Assembly: GCA_030324005.1 (NCBI GenBank) | Contig: JARDVH010000128.1 | Span: 28,936,257-28,992,842, forward strand | DNA: 56,586 nt | DNA from: Negaprion brevirostris | Lineage: Eukaryota | Direction of reading: 5' to 3' | Shown: in pieces, positions 49,021 through 56,586 of the stretch | Layout: the number at the start of each line of letters is the position of its first letter | Numbering within the stretch: position 1 is the first letter of the stretch | Notes under the pieces: model-generated | Seen by the model: only the letters and a program-made list of their open reading frames with translations | Database searches by the model: none | What the model was told of the DNA's origin: nothing | Program-made: the position numbers and the translations under genes

Positions 49021-50504
49021 CTACTGTCCTGGTCAGTTAGCTCAACTTCCCTGCAATCCCTGCTCTCCGCTACACAAGCTGTAAGAACCTCAAACAGTTG
49101 CAAGGTTGAGATTCCTCCACTGCTACGTTATGGACCCATTTAATGAGTTGTGCTGATCAGCTGTGGTGATAAGGCCCTTTGGTTTTACTGCACTGGGAAA
49201 GCCCAGTCACCAGAAATGCTATAACCTTTGTTTCCCTTTCCAGTGATATAGAGAAAAATGTAGGAAGTAAAGCAAAAAAAAGGAAATGATAAGAAACAGG
49301 ACTCAAGTGTAAATTAAAATTGCTTAATTTTCCTGTGGCACATGTTAACAGGCATAGATTACCACTTTTAACTTGGCACAAATGGTTAACTTTTGATATT
49401 CTCACACAAATGCTAAAAAATGAAAATTGCTATCTTCTCTTCCTGTCATTCTCTTGCTTTCCCCGAACAGGGTACTGAATAAAAACAGTGGTGCATGGTT
49501 AGCACATCTGCCATCAGTAACTGCCCACATTCATTGCCAGCACTAATATATCAAGAACAGTCACTTGGGTCAGGTTAGAGAATACTGTCAGCATTAATGG
49601 AGTTATACACTAAAGCCTGAGACACCAGGATAGATGGGGAGAAAACTGAATGGAAAAAAACATGCAAACATGCATTTATTCTTGTTTTGGTGGCCGTCAT
49701 TAATTTCAGAGAAGAGATTCGTGCGTTGTAGACTAAGATAGTCTAAGCCTCCAACACCACAGAATTGCCTTTCAATCAGTCCAATAATCACAATACACTT
49801 CATAACAAACTTGTTGTAAGTTAAAGAATATCGTGTTTTGCTAATCCTACATTCCAAAATCTAATTACTTTACTTAAATTACAACCTGTGCCGATGTTAT
49901 CCTGTGGTATTACTTCCTCCGCATCTAATGGGCATATTTAGAAAACACACCTAATTATAGTCTCTGAACTGAAATTACAAGGTCTTTCAAGAACTGGTGT
50001 ATTAGTCATGCTTTGCCTGTCAGCTCACAGAAGTTAATCATTTGAGATAAAAGAGTACCTTATCTATTGACAGTTTGCATGTATGTAGAAAATTTCACTA
50101 TTTCAAAAGCCTCATTAAATTCTGCAGCAAAAAATTATGCCCTAATTATTAAGCTGCAAATAACAACTGAGAATTTAAGCTATTATTAACCACACAGGAA
50201 CAAAAATACAAGGACTGAAAGAATGAGGCACCAAGCAGTTTATAGTACTGAAACTAATGGGAATAAGAAAGTTTAAGAGGCTCTGGAAATAACAGAGAAT
50301 CTCCAGCCAATGAAGAGTCCACATACCAAAACAATTTAGGATGAATTAAATATGCACTCTGGACCCTCCCAGTGATAGCATCAATAGCAAACAACAGTGA
50401 AATCACAACTTATTGGCTACTTTCCACAGGATGATTGGGATATGAAACACAAATGGCCCATTGGTGCAGCAGGAGACAATCTTATAGCATTGCGGCTAAG
50501 GAAC

Positions 50505-50730
50505 ATTAAGGGAACAGTGCAGAGGAAGCTTTACTCAGGATCTAACCTCTGCTGCAGCTGTCCTGGAAATGTTTGATGGGACAATGTGGTGAAGGTTTAT
50601 TCTGGATCTATTCTGGTGTTCGGCCTGCACTGGGAATGTTTAATGATTCAATGCAGAGGGAACTTTACTCTGGCTCAAAATCATGTTCCACCAGCCCTGG
50701 AAATGTTTAATGATACAGTGTAGAGCAGAT
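50505..50730 (+). repeat. About 3.3 units of the ~67-bp chondrichthyan tandem repeat
   Basis: agagg.agctttactc..atcta..ctggaaatgtttgatgggacaat; unit starts at 50521, ~50588, 50655 and 50722. Confidence 0.8.
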
Positions 50731-52044
50731 CCAGCTAGACTACAGCCTGCAGGTCACATTTGGCCTTCTGAAGCTTTCAACCTGGCATATTACTCCATTG
50801 CCGGAGAAGTGAGTGCACATGAACAAGTGCTTCTGGCACCTGGGGCAGATCTACCTGAGGAGCTGCGAAAGTATAACATGAAAGATCCAATCTATGGAGA
50901 ACTTCAGTGGTGTATTTCAAGGCCAACAGAAGTATTTCAAGGTAAATTTGAATTGGCCGTTGATCAGAGATTAGAGACTCTTTAATGGGGACTGTGATAT
51001 CCATGATAAAGAGGTGAGTGTACAGAGAGAAGCAGCAAACACAAGATTACTTTTTGGATTATTGTAATTTTCATTTGTATTTGGTCTGGTAAGTATATAT
51101 ACATAAAACTTCTACTCATTTTACATTTAATAATCTATATGAAAAGTCAAGTCAAATTAATTTTTGCTCCCCCCTTTTGTTATTCTGCACTAAAGGTATT
51201 GATTCTTGCTGCGGTTTGGTGTCATGAGTGTTGGCAATCCATAATTTGAACCTGGGACTTTCAGGTCTGCATTGACTTAATAATGCACTGAAGAGTTTCT
51301 TCACCAGTGGAATAGCTAAATATCTATAANNNNNNNNNNNNNNNNNNNNNNNNNNNNNNNNNNNNNNNNNNNNNNNNNNNNNNNNNNNNNNNNNNNNNNN
51401 NNNNNNNNNNNNNNNNNNNNNNNNNNNNNAAATTTGCATCTCTGTGTATGTTCTGTCAACATTCAATATTAAAAGTTCCTATAGTCACACTTATAATGGT
51501 ACCAGGGAGGCAGAACTTCAGTCAGGTGGGGAAGAGATGACAAAAGCTAGGGGTGTTCTCTAGCAGAGTAGGATAGATTTAATAGAGGTGTTCAAAATCA
51601 TGAAGGATGTTGAGTAATGAAGGCATGGATGTTTCTGGTGGCAAAAGGGTAGGTAACTAGAAGACACAGATTTTAAAAACTAGCAAAAGAACAGAGGGCA
51701 GAAAATTTGTTGACCAAGTAAAAACTTGACCTATGTTTCCACTGGTAGACAAGGGATTAAAATATCCAGCATAAATGCTGCTACAAGTGCCAAGTACAAA
51801 CATTCTGAAGGTCTCCACAAACAATCTAGATTTAACATTTTGAGATGGGCATCTCAGTGATTAGCTGTTTATGTACTTCCAAAAATTAGAGTTTAAAAGG
51901 TATCTTCTGTTAAGGATTAGATTTTTAGAAGAATGATGAATGTAATGAAAAATGAAAAGTGTACAGTTTTAGGTTAGGGCCAAAGCACAATAAAGTTCTA
52001 TTTTCCCTCTGTTCTGATGAAGCATCACCAATCTGAAACACTAC

Positions 52045-55000
52045 ATGGGGATTTTCCACTCCCATTGTTGGGCGGAGGGGGTTTGGAAATAGCAGAGGGA
52101 GCAGAGAATCGAGCAGGACGCCCACAATTGTGGGATTGCCCTGCTCGATTGTCCCTGCACCCCCACCAATGACGTAATAAGGATCCCAACTTTAAAAGTC
52201 AGGATATCCATTTACATCTATTTGAATGTGATTGGTAGGCATTTACACCTAATTGTCCTCCACGTTTGACTGTTCATTCATGTTGGCATGACGGCACTCA
52301 GGCATGAATCACGACAGGTTCCGCGTAATGTTCAGCTAGCGAACAGAACCTCCTGAAGGAGCGCAGGTAAATACAGCCCCCAGGGAGGAAGAGGATCAAG
52401 CTTGGATAGCAACCTGGCACTGCTCCCTGGAAGAGTGAGGTGGCTGTTCCAAGGGTTCAGTGTCAGAGTGGATTCTGCAGGAGAGATACTGGGAGCACAG
52501 TGGTGGAGGGGCCCCATGGTTGGGGGAGGTTTCCATGGGTTGGGGGGGATTCTCCTGGCCATTGGGATATGCGCTGGGAGCTCATGCACCCGGGGGATTC
52601 TCCGGGTCTGCAAACTCCCAGCGTATATCACAATGGCCTGGGGAACTGGGAGTTGCTGGAAAAATGCATTCTGCACCGGTTGTCAAACCCATTGCAACCC
52701 TTCCAGACCACGTTGCCGGCAGCGATCAGCTTCCCAAACACCACGCAGACTTGAAGCCCAATTCAAATAGCTCACTATTCACTAACCTCCCCAGCGGTAT
52801 CTGCACCAGGTGGTTACAGGTCCTCGCAAACAAGTACCTGGTGTATTGGACCCCAAGGGTCAAGGAAGCACCACCAATCCCTCAGCAGTGAGAGGAATCC
52901 TCATCCATCCTCCCCCCTCCCCACAACATGCAGACATCAGGATTATCCAACCCAACCCTCTTGTCAGGCTCCCTCCCCATGCAGATTCCCTACCCAGCCC
53001 CCCACTTCACTTTAGACTGCCCCCCTCAGGCTCCCTCCCAGCTCAGACTCCCTACACAGCCATCCTTCCCTTCAGACCGTTCCATTCAACCCCCTTCCCT
53101 CTCAGGACCCTATGTCGCCTCCCTTTAGGCCACACCTTGGCAGTGTCAATTGTGCCCTGCCTCCTGAGACCCTGGCTTGGTGCCTTTNNNNNNNNNNNNN
53201 NNNNNNNNNNNNNNNNNNNNNNNNNNNNNNNNNNNNNNNNNNNNNNNNNNNNNNNNNNNNNNNNNNNNNNNNNNNNNNNNNNNNNNNTTGGTGCCTTTGC
53301 CTCGAGAGGAATCAAGGAGGTAGGTCCAGTATCCATTTGCCCCTCTGATGCTTCCAGACTGCACAGGAAGGGTCCTGGGCATTGGGTGGGTTCAGGCTGG
53401 GTGTAAGGAGTTGACCACGCTACTCTCTGCAGGGGTGACGCACCCCGGTCACTTGATAGGATTTTAAATCATTGCAACACTTCATTCTGTAGTGCAGATT
53501 TTCCTTTATCTCTGTCAGAAGCTGCATATGAGAGCAGATCCCTTTGAAATGCTCTGACAGAGTGGAGGGCCATGATTCTCCCCATCCGTTCCACTAATGT
53601 TTTAGCACAGCAGACCGGGTGAAATCCATGGCGGCTAATCTGTGGGGTTTGCGCGAACGTTCCTGCAATGCTTACGTCTCCCAGCGGTAGATTTCTGATA
53701 GCATCTGCTCCACGCTGGGAATCACTGGGAAGATGCGTAAATATTTTAAATAACCATTTCCCTACAATTTAAACTAGATTAGTGAGCTGAGACTGACGGC
53801 TCTGGGCCTGTTAGCCTCTCCCAACCCGTCAGAGTGTTTCACTCCAGCAGGGATTACACCAACTCCGCACTTTCAGGAAACTAGCGACCCGGCCCTGCTG
53901 GAGTGAAGGGGGGCAATCGGCCCCCCCCCTCCCAGGAGATCAAGCAGCAGAGGGATGGTGCCCACTGAGCATGGGCATCCTGGAAGTGCCAGCCAGTGCC
54001 CCCTGGCACTGCTCAAGGGCAAAATGCAAATACAATCAGGCATCAGGCAGTGTCAAAGGGTGGGGCCTATTGGGGCAGGGGGGTCCTGCTATCACTCTGC
54101 CTAGGGATTGGTGGAGGAAGGAGGGAGGCTAGCAATGGGGTTGGACATTGGAGGGGGAGGGGGTGTTGGGCTGAGCCCAGGAATTGTCAGCAGCCCAGCG
54201 ATCAAGTCATGGGGACAGAGAGTGTTGTGGGGGTCACAGGGCTGGCCAGTGATTGAACTAGCCAGCAAAAAGGGAGGCTGTCAGTGTGGGGCTGCTGTGC
54301 ATGCGCCAATCTCGGGTGGAATTTGAGCTCAATTTCGAGGGTTGGGTGAGGTTCCAGCCTGCACAGCTGTGCACTCGGCCCAGTGCACAGTCACAGCTTT
54401 GATTTGAAGTTGCTCAGGCATCCCAGCAAGCTGAAATCATTGAAACTCTCTCCACTGCACTTGAAGCCTTTAATTTGTAACAAGTTCAACATGCAGTGCC
54501 TATAAAAGAATCAGCTGCCAGCTCAATGGATTATCACCTCCCAGCCTCCTGTATGTATTTTTATTTCCTTTCACATTTGAATGCACCTCAAGTACCCCAT
54601 TGATCTGACCACAATGTTGACAGTGTCTAAGTCTGATTGACAGCCTCTGATCTTACCTCCTCTTATGCAAACCACTTGTGCCAGGCCAGGTGTCAGTGCC
54701 AGGGTGCCAAGGGGTAGTGCACTGTTGGCACTGCCAAGGCACATGGCAAAACGGTGGCTGAGTGGAGGGTCTAAGGGGGAAGGTGGGGACTGAGTGGGGG
54801 GGAGTCTNNNNNNNNNNNNNNNNNNNNNNNNNNNNNNNNNNNNNNNNNNNNNNNNNNNNNNNNNNNNNNNNNNNNNNNNNNNNNNNNNNNNNNNNNNNNN
54901 NNNNNNNNNNNNNNNNNNNNNNNNNNNNNNNNNNNNNNNNNNNNNNNNNNNNNNNNNNNNNNNNNNNNNNNNNNNNNNNNNNNNNNNNNNNNNNNNNNNN

Positions 55001-55330
55001 NNNNNNNNNNNNNNNNNNNNNNNNNNNNNNNNNNNNNNNNNNNNNNNNNNNNNNNNNNNNNNNNNNNNNNNNNNNNNNNNNNNNNNNNNNNNNNNNNNNN
55101 NNNNNNNNNNNNNNNNNNNNNNNNNNNNNNNNNNNNNNNNNNNNNNNNNNNNNNNNNNNNNNNNNNNNNNNNNTCTTTGGTGAGGGGTTGGTGGTGCCCG
55201 CCAGTCAACGTGGAGGCCACCAATTTATTTTTGGGAGGGGCACAGGGAGGGCCTGACTCCGAGCATGGAGATCAGTTTCCATTTAAAAATCGCAACCCAG
55301 TCTCGGAGTAGTGGGGCAGGCCTGCAGGTT
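52045..55330. mobile_element. GC-rich Harbinger-derived non-autonomous debris (several nested elements, gaps)
   Basis: TIR-like GGGGGATTTTCC at ~52046 and GGGCCATGATTCTCC at ~53567; ggca/tgcc-rich internal repeats. Confidence 0.45.
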
Positions 55331-55439
55331 GTCTGCTATGCATTCAGATGGGAGAATTCCCTTGGAGGCCGACAATTCCTGCTACTGGTCCCCTGGGTCC
55401 TCCTTTGCCCCGTCCTCCAGATCCTCCTAGTCCACATCC

Positions 55440-55870
55440 TCTACAGAATGGAACCCCCTGCGACTGATGAAGGGCATTCCCTGATTCCACATTATTTGCA
55501 GAGCAACATGTGTGCCATCGACAGCCCCCTGCACCTGAGGTGGACTAGCAATGGGGGCAAAACCTTCAGCCCAAGCATGTTGTTGAGCCTGGCTGGGTCA
55601 AAATGGATCTATTGGGATGCCTGAGAATCAGCTGTGGCTGATAACTAGAAGATGCCACACAGGTCTCCACTCAAGTCCTGGAATGATCTAGTGGCTTAGA
55701 AGTTCAGGGCTGCTGTGACCTTCACAGCCACCAGTAGCAGGTGTCTCCCCCAACCTTTCCACAAGGTGCCAGGTCCGTGAGGACACAGCACAGGTGTCAC
55801 ACTGTCTCCGGGGTCAGGTGGAGTCTTCGGCAGCACAGTGCACCTCGTTGTTCATTGTAGAGTCCTATGC
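55440..55870 (-). mobile_element. Decayed Harbinger transposase (HARBI1-like), element C
   Basis: - strand VAVKVTAALNF*ATRSFQDLSGDLCGI and in-frame QVQGAVDGTHVALQIMWNQGMPFISRRGFHSV (first catalytic Asp in the DGTH motif). Confidence 0.85.
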
Positions 55871-56586
55871 AGTCAACGTTTCCTTCTCCTCCATCTTCTG
55901 GCTCCCTCCTTGGGCTAATGGGAGGCTGTCTCCTGATCAGATCTCCAGCTTGGGTTGGCCTTGCCGTAGATGGCAACCTCGTCAGCTGCCACAGTAGAAG
56001 TAACGATTACTGCCCACTCTACTTGCTCAATACAAAAATTAATGATTGCTCTCAGTGATTTGGGAACAGTTCATAAGGTTATCCATCCCAGGCCCCCAAG
56101 CCACAATCCCTTCCAGCACCCCATGTCCATTTGATTCTGGATCCTGGCAACCCATCACTATCCCCGATGCCACGAGCCACCTCAATTGGCTGCCAACTGT
56201 TAACATATCATTGCTTCAGCAGCCACAGGCACCCACTGCCCCCAGATGGTCGCAAATGTCCATCCCACACAGTTGTCCCCTCCCTTCATATGTTGGGGCA
56301 CAATGCCTTTTGCGCCCCCAGTGCATTTGAGTGGTTGCTAGTGTGAGGCGCAAAACTGTCCCTCCAGATGGCCAGTCTCATCACATACAGACCCTTGATA
56401 TCACAGGCCATTGGTGGCAGCATGAGACAGACCGAGCTCAGCACCCTGCTGCTCATGCAGAGCATAACGTTGGCTGTGAGAAGGTCCTTATTAAGGATCC
56501 CTTGCAATATAAACTTGTGTGTACCCACCAGGACATATGGTGCAAACTGGCTTCCAGACATAGCGTTGTTCACACTAATGGTAGGG

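Noticed and set aside
50683-50985. 100-aa ORF with a donor-like CAAG|GTAAAT as the next TOP2B exon
   Set aside because: No similarity to the TOP2B C-terminal region; starts in satellite and transposon-like sequence

Overview
Repeat-dominated vertebrate genomic DNA, not prokaryotic. The repeat complement (HE1/V-SINEs, SacSINE1/Deu-SINE, LF-SINE-like copies, CR1/HER1, L2, Tx1, Penelope, Gypsy LTRs, PIF/Harbinger elements and their MITEs, a ~67-bp chondrichthyan tandem repeat) points to a shark, probably a carcharhiniform; the species is an inference. The scaffold has many N gaps, mostly of 100 nt. The only confidently recognised host coding sequence is a pair of DNA topoisomerase II beta (TOP2B) exons on + (40804-40959, 41042-41125) with an 82-nt GT-AG intron; I found no other TOP2B exon in the window. 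Most ORFs in the track are low-complexity, gap-spanning or transposon-derived. Points of interest: (1) the isolated TOP2B exon pair; (2) a CCAAT/CRE-like/TATA promoter with a candidate unidentified first exon at ~5.9-6.2 kb, sharing three exact 11-mers with a second unique block at ~36 kb; (3) hammerhead-ribozyme-like cores in Penelope pseudo-LTRs; (4) three decayed Harbinger elements plus a MITE swarm, including a clean nested insertion; (5) direct repeats flanking several gaps. I found no evidence for a novel multi-gene system. All family assignments are from recalled motifs, not database searches, and repeat boundaries are approximate.
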